DNA of 30,330 bases, taken from Promethearchaeota archaeon. GTDB taxonomy: Archaea; Asgardarchaeota; Lokiarchaeia; Sigyniarchaeales; SOKP01. The position numbers and the translations under genes were made by a program. Below are positions 19,365-27,277 of the stretch, in pieces. The notes beneath the pieces were generated by a model, which worked only from the letters and a program-made list of their open reading frames with translations, was not told the origin of the DNA and did not search any database. The stretch's first letter is position 1; each line of letters opens with the position of its first letter. The stretch spans positions 1 through 30,330 of the forward strand of contig JAEOTS010000085.1 in assembly GCA_016839745.1 (NCBI GenBank), given 5' to 3'.

Positions 19365-21200
19365 ATGATATCAAAAAAAAAATCAAGTATTATTTTTATA
19401 ACATCGATCTTCTTTCTTACCTTTGCCTTACTATTCTTACAGATGAATAGTCCAATTACATCAACTCGAGAATCAGAACTTAGAGGATTGAGATCTTCTG
19501 CTACATATAATTCTGTGGTAGAGATAGATGCAATTGACCCAACAAAAGATTGGGCAATACAATTAGCTGCGGGAGTATGTACTGGTTCTGGAACTTCTGG
19601 AGACCCATATATTATAGAAGATCATCTTTTCCAAATCACAACTGGTGCTGCTTTAGTAATAGCAAACTCAAGGGCTTATTTTAGAATTGAAAACTGTACC
19701 TTTACTAATCTCGATAGTGCTCCATCAATATTTATGGCTAACACTACGAACGGGGTTATCGAAGAAAATTTATTAGGTGTTCTATATCAGGCAGTAATTA
19801 TTCTTAATTGCAGCCAAATTTCATTGACACAGAATAATTTTACTGCATGTGGATATACTGTAACATTTGTTAATTCTGAAGATATTACATTTATTAATAA
19901 TTTCATAACTAACAGTGTTTATAATAGCGTGACGATAGATAATTGTAGGGATTGCCTAATCGATAATAATGATATCCTTAATACTGTTGGTTATGGGGTA
20001 TATCTTGATGATAGCCCTTTTAATACTATAACCGGAAATTTAATAGATAATAGTGATATTGGAGTTTTATGTGTTTTATCTAACGATACAACTATTACGA
20101 GCAATGATATCTATGGAAGTACAACAGATGGCATTATATTAGCAACTAGTGACCTTTGTACCATATCTGGAAACACTATAATTAATAGTACTAGTTATGG
20201 ATTGGAGTTTAGTAATGCAAATGATAATTCTCTAACTTCCAATACCTTTATTAACGGCGGTGTACTGCTAGATGGAGGTTCAAACAGAAACGAACTATTA
20301 ACCAATGATATTTCTGAATCTCTATATGGAATCTATGTAATTGGAAATAGCGATTTTAATTTATTTCAAACTAACCAATTGCATCATAATACTCTTGAAG
20401 GAATCAATCTTGGCAACTCACATAACAATTCAATTTTAAGTAACAATATATATACTAATGGAGATGATGGTATTCAACTTGCTGGAGCATCTGACAATAT
20501 TATATCATCCAATACAGTATTTAACAATTCCGATGATGGAATGTTGATTGACACATCATCTGATAATAACGATGTCCATGATAACACAGTGCATTTTAAT
20601 CATGGGAGAGGTATGTACATTTATTCTTCTGACTCTGTAGATATAAAGGGTAACAATGTATTTGACAATGGTGAACATGGAATTGAAATATATAATAGTA
20701 TATCTCTTTTATTACAAGGTAATTATTTCAATTCTAATAACTTGAGTGGGATTTACACCCGAGGGAACTCTGATAATAATGTTTTCCTTGCGAATACAAT
20801 GAATAATAATCTTGAACATGGGATTTATTTAGATTCTAGCGATAGTAATTTAATCACTCAAAACACCGCTAATAATAATGGACTACATGGAATTTACTTG
20901 GATTCGAGCAATAATAATTTCATTACCTACAATACAGCAAGTGGAAATACTAATGGGGTTTTTCTAGATACAAGCAACAATAACTTTGTTATAGGAAACA
21001 TTTTACTAAATAATGATGTTTGCTATAATGAAACTGGAAGTTCCGGTAATGTATTTGAAAATAATATATGCAGTTCAGCAGAACTTCCTGCTGTTCCATT
21101 AGATCCATTTATCCTAGGATTAATTATTGGACTAGTTATCGGATTAGGCGCTCTCGCAGCTGTTCTAATTTTAATTTTTATGAGAGGCAGAAAGAAATAA
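19365..21200 (+). CDS. Right-handed parallel beta-helix (NosD/CASH repeat) surface protein with C-terminal membrane anchor
   Basis: Signal peptide, GSGTSGDPYIIE cap, about 20 repeats of 22-24 aa (GI.L..S.NN.I..N...NN) and a C-terminal TM followed by RGRKK. Confidence 0.9.
   Translation: MISKKKSSIIFITSIFFLTFALLFLQMNSPITSTRESELRGLRSSATYNSVVEIDAIDPTKDWAIQLAAGVCTGSGTSGDPYIIEDHLFQITTGAALVIANSRAYFRIENCTFTNLDSAPSIFMANTTNGVIEENLLGVLYQAVIILNCSQISLTQNNFTACGYTVTFVNSEDITFINNFITNSVYNSVTIDNCRDCLIDNNDILNTVGYGVYLDDSPFNTITGNLIDNSDIGVLCVLSNDTTITSNDIYGSTTDGIILATSDLCTISGNTIINSTSYGLEFSNANDNSLTSNTFINGGVLLDGGSNRNELLTNDISESLYGIYVIGNSDFNLFQTNQLHHNTLEGINLGNSHNNSILSNNIYTNGDDGIQLAGASDNIISSNTVFNNSDDGMLIDTSSDNNDVHDNTVHFNHGRGMYIYSSDSVDIKGNNVFDNGEHGIEIYNSISLLLQGNYFNSNNLSGIYTRGNSDNNVFLANTMNNNLEHGIYLDSSDSNLITQNTANNNGLHGIYLDSSNNNFITYNTASGNTNGVFLDTSNNNFVIGNILLNNDVCYNETGSSGNVFENNICSSAELPAVPLDPFILGLIIGLVIGLGALAAVLILIFMRGRKK
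20817..20954 (+). repeat. Intragenic 69-nt imperfect tandem repeat encoding beta-helix rungs
   Basis: catgggatttatttagattctagc... at 20817 and catggaatttacttggattcgagc... at 20886 both encode HGIYLDSS. Confidence 0.6.
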
Positions 21201-21222
21201 TAACCTAACTCTCACTTTTTTT

Positions 21223-21960
21223 TTATATTTTTCCTACGACGCCAACATATATCGTAGTTTCATTCCTTCCATCGATTTCGAGAAATTGATTTAACTCATC
21301 GTCATATAACGCACCAATCGTACATGCTCCCAAACCAAGCGCTTCAGCAATCAGATAAAGATTCTGGCCAACATGTCCTGCGTCTAAATAGATATATCTA
21401 TAGCATCTCTGCAAGTATTTCCATTGAGAGCGTCCAATCATCGCAGTCCATATAAAATTTATTGCTGAGGTAAAAGCTATATTTTGATCAAGACACATTT
21501 TAGCAACTTTGTCTCGAAAATCTCCTTCTTTTAATAAGCTGAGCGAATGTTCTTGAATATCATAATGGTAGAGGCCTCTTTCTAAGCCTTGAACATTATT
21601 AATTGCGGGGTAAATTTCGATAGGATATAATCCTCCCGCAGAAGGCACCGTTCTAAATGCATATTGCGGAAAAATCCTGTTTAATCCAGACATACCAAAT
21701 AGAAACAAACTTAAATCCATCATTGACATAGGTTCAGTACTGAATTTCCTGGTTGAATGTCGATTTTTAATTACGCTCCAAAATTCTATAGCCGGATCAA
21801 AATTAGGTTCTGGTAGCTTTATTTTTTTGATAGCGTGTGAATATACTTTATAGGTTTTAGGTTTGTTTCCCCAATCTAGAACATGCCTTGGTAATTTATT
21901 TCTTATGTATTTAGACTTTTGCTGAAATTTATCACCATACTTTTCAAAATTATTTTCCAT
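21223..21960 (-). CDS. SagB/ThcOx family FMN-dependent dehydrogenase (nitroreductase fold)
   Basis: RHSTRKF, RTVPSAGGLYPIE, GLYHY, KY..R.YRYIYLDAGHVGQN and LGACTIGA motifs. Confidence 0.9.
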   Translation of the reverse strand: MENNFEKYGDKFQQKSKYIRNKLPRHVLDWGNKPKTYKVYSHAIKKIKLPEPNFDPAIEFWSVIKNRHSTRKFSTEPMSMMDLSLFLFGMSGLNRIFPQYAFRTVPSAGGLYPIEIYPAINNVQGLERGLYHYDIQEHSLSLLKEGDFRDKVAKMCLDQNIAFTSAINFIWTAMIGRSQWKYLQRCYRYIYLDAGHVGQNLYLIAEALGLGACTIGALYDDELNQFLEIDGRNETTIYVGVVGKI

Positions 21961-22065
21961 AAGGTAAACTGATAAAACTAAGATTAAAAACTTTGAAGTA
22001 ATATTTTAAAAAAGTGTTAATCAGAATATAAAAAAATTAGTAAACATTAAACTATCTACTTTAAT

Positions 22066-22809
22066 ATGGCTAAAAAAAGAAAAAAACGAGTAAAACGAGG
22101 TCATCCAATAGCAATTCTTATTGGATTACACGATAATGACGCGATATTTTGGAGAATATTCAGTGAGACTATTAGACTGCACTCAAAAATCAATCGCGGA
22201 AGGAAGAGAAGAAATCAAGATAAGAAGCAATTATTTCATTTTCACGAGGAAATCGTTAATACTTTAAGACCTGTAATTAAAGAAGGGATAAGAAGCGTAA
22301 TATTACTCTCCCCTCCAAAAGAAGAATATTCAGATGAGTTTCTTAATCACGTTAATAAACATCATTCATGGTTAATAAAAAATGGAGGTAATCAGGTTGT
22401 TTTTTCTAAGATCATAGGAAATCAAGCAAAAACTCAAAAGGATGTATATTACCTAAAAACGCAAGAACATTTTAAAGGCATAGTTGATAAAACTTCGAAT
22501 CAAGAAGGTTTGTTGATATTAGCAGAACTAGCAAAAATTATAAATAAAAATGAAAAGTTCTCAAAGATTCTTTATACATGGAGAGAAATCGATCATGAAC
22601 TTAAACTTATAAAACAAAATCCTAATTTATCTAAACCAAATTATATTATTCTCACCGAAGAATTTCTAAAAAATCCAAAAAATAGAAATAAAACACATCG
22701 AATTTTACAAATCGCAAAAAATCTGGAGATTAAAACTAAAATCGTCAGTAAAGAATCCGAGGCTGGTGTTATCGTTGACAAATTTGGAGGATTAGTATGT
22801 TATTTTTAA
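22066..22809 (+). CDS. Pelota/aRF1-like protein with middle and C-terminal domains only
   Basis: AILIGL...FHEEIV...VILLSP...F (domain 2) and IILTEEFL...TKIVSKESEAG...FGGLV (domain 3, L7Ae-like). No N domain and no GGQ. Confidence 0.65.
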   Translation: MAKKRKKRVKRGHPIAILIGLHDNDAIFWRIFSETIRLHSKINRGRKRRNQDKKQLFHFHEEIVNTLRPVIKEGIRSVILLSPPKEEYSDEFLNHVNKHHSWLIKNGGNQVVFSKIIGNQAKTQKDVYYLKTQEHFKGIVDKTSNQEGLLILAELAKIINKNEKFSKILYTWREIDHELKLIKQNPNLSKPNYIILTEEFLKNPKNRNKTHRILQIAKNLEIKTKIVSKESEAGVIVDKFGGLVCYF

Positions 22810-22820
22810 AGAAATAAGTT

Positions 22821-22845
22821 AAAAAAAGAAATAAAAAGAAATATT
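22821..22845 (-). terminator. U-rich tract after tusA, probable terminator of the hdr operon
   Basis: The minus strand reads atatttctttttatttcttttttt just after the tusA stop. Confidence 0.4.
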
Positions 22846-22855
22846 GATTTTGTTC

Positions 22856-23092
22856 TTACTTTACAGCTTCAAAATACATGTGCCAGAGTTCATCATCGTC
22901 GAGAAAATCCGTCCCTAAGTGTTTGTGCTTAGTTTTTGCTAAATCACGTGGAACCGATTCAGACGCGGGCTTATAATCTGTTATTACTTTTAAGACGGTA
23001 CCTGGTCGCATTTTCATAAGTTGTTTCTTGGTTTTTAACGCAGGTACTGGACAAACTAAGCCACACACGTTTAATTCTTGGTCGAAATTCAT
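22856..23092 (-). CDS. tusA: TusA/SirA family sulfur carrier protein
   Basis: LNVCGLVCPVP (CPxP), GTVLKVITD; 78 aa; GAGGT SD; 39 nt downstream of the preceding gene. Confidence 0.88.
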   Translation of the reverse strand: MNFDQELNVCGLVCPVPALKTKKQLMKMRPGTVLKVITDYKPASESVPRDLAKTKHKHLGTDFLDDDELWHMYFEAVK

Positions 23093-23131
23093 AATTTATA
23101 CCTCTTATTTTTTAATATTTTTTTTAATTCG

Positions 23132-25597
23132 TTAATCTTCACATACAGGTGAAAACATTGGCTCTTCTAAACCCGGTTCAATGTTCATCTCAATTTGATT
23201 CAATTGAACCAATCGTAAAGCTTCATATCGAACTTTTTTGGTCTCTAAATTTAAGGTTTTGGAAATGTTGCTAATCGTAGTCGGACCTTGAAGGGTTACG
23301 TAATCTAAGACTTGTTGTCGGGGAGTTCTTTCTAAGATTTCCATTTCTCTCTTTGATTTCAGATTGATTGCTTTCTTCAATTCGTCCTCATTAACGCTAC
23401 CCTCTTCAAATAATCCTTGAGTTATGGATCTTTCAATAATTTCTTTACCTCTTTCTGTCCACGCTACGACGGTTGTAAAGCCTTGCTTGGAACCAACCTC
23501 ACCAGCCGTGAAATCAGAATAAATTGCAGGAAAATCCTGACAATGTGAACAGTAATGATTGCAACTTAAACACCGTCTAGCTTCGGCTAACGCCATTTCT
23601 TCGGTAAACATTGCTTCGATTTCCTCAAAATTCCATTGGATGTCTTCAGTAGCTTCTTCTAAAGATTCTGGTTTTAGTGAATAATCCTTAGGAGTTCTTG
23701 TAATTCCTTCGAAAAACATTCTATTTTGCATATAACGCCCCTCTGATAAATCTTCTCCATTTAAATATCGATCTATAGAAATAGCCGCTTCTTTCCCGTG
23801 GGCTATTGCCGCAATTGCAACTGCTTTCGAGTGAGTAATGGTATCTCCACCAGCAAATACTCCCGGAATATTGGTTTCAAAAGTTATAGGATCAATCTCG
23901 ATTTTATTATGTTCTTTTTTGAGTTTATTACCCGTAGCAATGTCAATTAAATTAAAATCGACAGCTTGGCCAACGGCGATAACTATAGCATCTGCTTTGA
24001 TCTCATAGTCCGAACCCTCAACTTTATTGATTGGGCGTCTACCAGTATCGTCAGCTTCTCCCCTTGCGATTTTGTAGCTTTTTAGCACCAAATCATCGCC
24101 TCCCCCTTCAGAAATTTTTGATACAGAAGTTTCAAAATGATATTCCATGAATTTTAATTCTTCTTCAGGAATCTCACGCAGAACGAGTTCAAGATCTTTT
24201 TCATTCATAATGTCGACGAGATGGATTTTTTCTGCACCTAGCCTCAGAGCAGTCTGTGCAACATCAACTGCTACAGGGCCACCGCCTATTATTCCAATTG
24301 TTTTACCTTTAAACTCTTGCTGCTTCTGCCAATCTCGATATTTCCTATCGATAAGGAAATTAATAGCAACATGTACATTAGGGAGTTCTTCTCCTTCTAA
24401 GTGCAATGTCCGTGGTTTATACTGACCTGTTGCTATAAAAACGGCTTCATATCCATCATTTTTTAAGTCCTCAATCGTCATATCCGGTCCTAATGGTTTA
24501 TTAAATAGAATTTCCACGCCAGCTTTTTTGATCATCTCAACATCATAATCTAATACATAATCAGGTAACCGGAATTGAGGCACTCCGTATCGAAGCATAC
24601 CGCCAGTGTGATCAGTTTTTTCAAAAATTGTTGGAGTATAACCTTTAAGCGATAAAAAATATCCTGCTGTAAGACCTGCAGGTCCAGCGCCTATTATCGC
24701 AACTCTCTTACCTAATTTCTTCTTACTCTTCACACTCTTTTTTACATCTTGCTTAATTTCGTACTCTGTAATGAATTTTTTTAGTTCCCTGATAGCGACA
24801 GGATGATCCGAACCGATTAAAGTACACCCGTGTTCGCATTCGTGCGTACAAATTCTTCCACATATAGATGGTAGTGGATTGTCATTGCGAATCAAATCTA
24901 CAGCTTCCAGATATTTACCTTCTCGTATTAATGAGATGTATCCTTGAGCATTAACACCCGAAGGGCAACCTCCACAGCATGGCGAGCAGACCAAACCACG
25001 ATCTGTTTCTGCAGTTCTCATGCTTGAGTTACAGAATAGTCCTATTTTAAGGATCTCTCGGTTCATTTCTTCTCCCATTTCAGAAGCTCCTCTTATCTCA
25101 CATGGAACTCCAACGATGCCTACCGGTTCTAGGTTATCTCCAGTTACCTCTACTAGCTTCTCTAAGACCCCAGATCTTCCATATACGACTCCTGCTTTTT
25201 GAACTACATCTTCTGGATCGGTTACTCTGCTTGCTTTAGGCAAATCATCAACATTTTGGACCATCACGACTTCAGATAACTCCTTTTCCTTTAAGAGTTG
25301 TTTTGTAATTGTAGTAACAAATCCTCCGCTTGACGCTTTCTCCAATATTTCAGAGTCCTTACTTCTTAAGGAATAAATTCCTAAGGGTTGAAGCTCTTTA
25401 AATTTTTTCTGCAATACTTGAGGGCAGTTTTGGTAACATTTACCACAATCTTGTCCTTCTCTTTCAAGGATGCAATAATCTTTAAGGGTCGGTCGTAGCG
25501 TTTCCATTTCAATATGTTTGCAGTATCCCGCGCATAGACCACAACCTTGGCATAAGCCCGCCTCAATAATTTCACTTCTTAATAATTCGAAACTCAT
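23132..25597 (-). CDS. Fusion oxidoreductase: ferredoxin + FrhB/FdhB domain interrupted by a GltD/NfnB-like FAD/NAD(P)H module + C-terminal wHTH
   Basis: In order: CQGCGLC and CGKCYQNCP; SSGGFVT, VGVPCE, IGLFC (FrhB); CP...NPLPSICGRIC...C...C (Fer4_20); GAGPAG, GGGPVAVD, GVFAGGD, EARRCLSC; CSHCQDF...SDFTAGEVGS...TTVVAWTERG (FrhB C-terminus); helix-turn-helix tail. Confidence 0.85.
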   Translation of the reverse strand: MSFELLRSEIIEAGLCQGCGLCAGYCKHIEMETLRPTLKDYCILEREGQDCGKCYQNCPQVLQKKFKELQPLGIYSLRSKDSEILEKASSGGFVTTITKQLLKEKELSEVVMVQNVDDLPKASRVTDPEDVVQKAGVVYGRSGVLEKLVEVTGDNLEPVGIVGVPCEIRGASEMGEEMNREILKIGLFCNSSMRTAETDRGLVCSPCCGGCPSGVNAQGYISLIREGKYLEAVDLIRNDNPLPSICGRICTHECEHGCTLIGSDHPVAIRELKKFITEYEIKQDVKKSVKSKKKLGKRVAIIGAGPAGLTAGYFLSLKGYTPTIFEKTDHTGGMLRYGVPQFRLPDYVLDYDVEMIKKAGVEILFNKPLGPDMTIEDLKNDGYEAVFIATGQYKPRTLHLEGEELPNVHVAINFLIDRKYRDWQKQQEFKGKTIGIIGGGPVAVDVAQTALRLGAEKIHLVDIMNEKDLELVLREIPEEELKFMEYHFETSVSKISEGGGDDLVLKSYKIARGEADDTGRRPINKVEGSDYEIKADAIVIAVGQAVDFNLIDIATGNKLKKEHNKIEIDPITFETNIPGVFAGGDTITHSKAVAIAAIAHGKEAAISIDRYLNGEDLSEGRYMQNRMFFEGITRTPKDYSLKPESLEEATEDIQWNFEEIEAMFTEEMALAEARRCLSCNHYCSHCQDFPAIYSDFTAGEVGSKQGFTTVVAWTERGKEIIERSITQGLFEEGSVNEDELKKAINLKSKREMEILERTPRQQVLDYVTLQGPTTISNISKTLNLETKKVRYEALRLVQLNQIEMNIEPGLEEPMFSPVCED

Positions 25598-26835
25598 AAT
25601 AATTCCTCACTAATTTTAATTTTCGTTATAATACCCGTTTGATCAAGGGTATATTCTATCGAACCGTTTTTATAGGTTCCTTCCACCACATCAAAAACAT
25701 GGGCTTTATACTCGTTAAAGTCATCGTTAGGATCGATAATTGACTTGAATCCACCATAAAATACATTTGATAAGTTCATGTTACCAGCAATAAATCGAAT
25801 TTTATCTGTAAGTTCTCTATATTTTGGTGCATCTTCGCTCTCAATGGCTTTTAGTAAATCAGTTTCTAATTGTAAAAGCTCATTTCGGTATTTTTTTGTC
25901 TGTTCGCTTACTTCTATTTGGTTTGCTTTCTCGTAGGATTCAATGAATTTAAGCGTTAACGATATTGATTTAGCGCCACCTAAAAGCCCTGTTATCAAAG
26001 GAATCTCTTCGATCAGTCTACCAATAAAAACGTCTTCCAACAAAGATCCCGAAGAAGGGATTCTACCTTTTGGAAAACCTGAAGTAGGTAATGTAAATCT
26101 GAAAAAATTTCCGACCACATCAGGTAAACTATTGGTTAGATCGTCGTCCTCGTCTCCTAATTTGTCAGTTGCTCCCTTAACTGAATGCTCCGTTGCAATC
26201 TCTATGTTCCCAGCTAAGGTTCCGAACATTGCTAACATGCGAATTCCAGAACGATCTATGCTTGGTTTACACCCTCTACAAGGAGTATTGTAATCAATAC
26301 ATTTTTCTTTACATTCAGTAGCAGTAAAACCACTACATAGAAATCCTAAGTCGTTAAAACAAGTTTCAGAATCTTCTAATTCAATTTGTCTATTGATTGA
26401 TTCTAAATAGTCACAAGTTGCCTTTCTGGAACAAACCTGACATAAACTTTTTAATTTCGGAACTCCTGTTCCGTCAATAGTTAGTTTTAATTCTTCAATT
26501 TCGCCTAAACATCCATGAACATTTTTTGAACCTTCAATTAAGCTTGATAAAGGTGTAACATCGTGACCTTTTTGATTTGCTAAAGCAAATACTCCCCCAG
26601 TAGCCGTACAATCTCCATAGGCAATAATCTTTTTTGAATTGTTCTTTATGCGTTCAATGTTCTCTAAGTCGTTAGGGAGTAAATAGCCAGTAATAACTGA
26701 TACATCGACATTTTCTCCTTTCCAGCTCTTTGGATCGGAAACAAATTCTACTTTGTATTTAACCCCTTCTTTTAATAACAGGGATTCATTGAAGCACTTT
26801 TTACATCCATTAAATTGGAATACTTTAACATCCAT
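25594..26835 (-). CDS. mvhG: MvhG-like hydrogenase small (Fe-S) subunit with a C-terminal extension resembling a degenerate large-subunit fragment
   Basis: GCKKC, AYGDCTATGG, HGC, CQVC...CFNDLGFLC...C...C...PCRGC and DVVGNFFRFTL motifs, plus about 150 extra Cys-free residues. Confidence 0.75.
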   Translation of the reverse strand: MDVKVFQFNGCKKCFNESLLLKEGVKYKVEFVSDPKSWKGENVDVSVITGYLLPNDLENIERIKNNSKKIIAYGDCTATGGVFALANQKGHDVTPLSSLIEGSKNVHGCLGEIEELKLTIDGTGVPKLKSLCQVCSRKATCDYLESINRQIELEDSETCFNDLGFLCSGFTATECKEKCIDYNTPCRGCKPSIDRSGIRMLAMFGTLAGNIEIATEHSVKGATDKLGDEDDDLTNSLPDVVGNFFRFTLPTSGFPKGRIPSSGSLLEDVFIGRLIEEIPLITGLLGGAKSISLTLKFIESYEKANQIEVSEQTKKYRNELLQLETDLLKAIESEDAPKYRELTDKIRFIAGNMNLSNVFYGGFKSIIDPNDDFNEYKAHVFDVVEGTYKNGSIEYTLDQTGIITKIKISEELL

Positions 26836-27277
26836 CTTTTATCGTCCCCTTTTCAGTAATTGCAGTTGTTAATCGATCTATAATATCTTCGAAATCGCCT
26901 ACAGCGGTCTCACCTTCCGCAGCTCTCGAGGTATATTGGTTTACAAATTGGTCGCTGTAACCCAACTCTTTAAAGACTTTTTTCATCAATTTTATTCTAT
27001 GCATCGAAATTACATTACCATTAAAAAAATGACATGCACCTAAGCAACATCCGACGCAAGCAACAGCGTCCGCTCCGTTAGTTAACGCTTCCATGATCTG
27101 AATTGGTCCAACTTGACCTGTGCATTGTACTCTAATTATTCTTATCGCAGCGTCGTACGCCATTCTAGCTACGCCCGCAGTGTTTGCTGAACCTTGACCA
27201 CACTCGTTACACATAAAAACTACAATATTATTAATCCTTTCCTGAACATATTCGTCAGGTACTTCGCAATTGTTCAT
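26825..27277 (-). CDS. mvhD: MvhD/FlpD [2Fe-2S] subunit
   Basis: FMCNEC, IRIIRVQCTG and GADAVACVGCCLGACHF..GN motifs. ATG at 27277 overlaps the hdrA stop (ATGA), so it is preferred over the track start at 27283. Confidence 0.88.
   Translation of the reverse strand: MNNCEVPDEYVQERINNIVVFMCNECGQGSANTAGVARMAYDAAIRIIRVQCTGQVGPIQIMEALTNGADAVACVGCCLGACHFFNGNVISMHRIKLMKKVFKELGYSDQFVNQYTSRAAEGETAVGDFEDIIDRLTTAITEKGTIKDGC

Noticed and set aside
19365-21200. Periodic DNA pattern as a CRISPR array or non-coding repeat
   Set aside because: The periodicity is degenerate and in frame, and is explained by beta-helix protein repeats.
21223-21960. SagB as part of a thiazole/oxazole RiPP cluster
   Set aside because: No YcaO, precursor peptide or transporter is nearby, and stand-alone SagB-type genes are common in anaerobic archaea.
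13544-22809. RtcB-like plus release-factor-like genes as an RtcB2-PrfH-type ribosome repair module
   Set aside because: They are about 7 kb apart on opposite strands with unrelated genes between them, so there is no linkage evidence.
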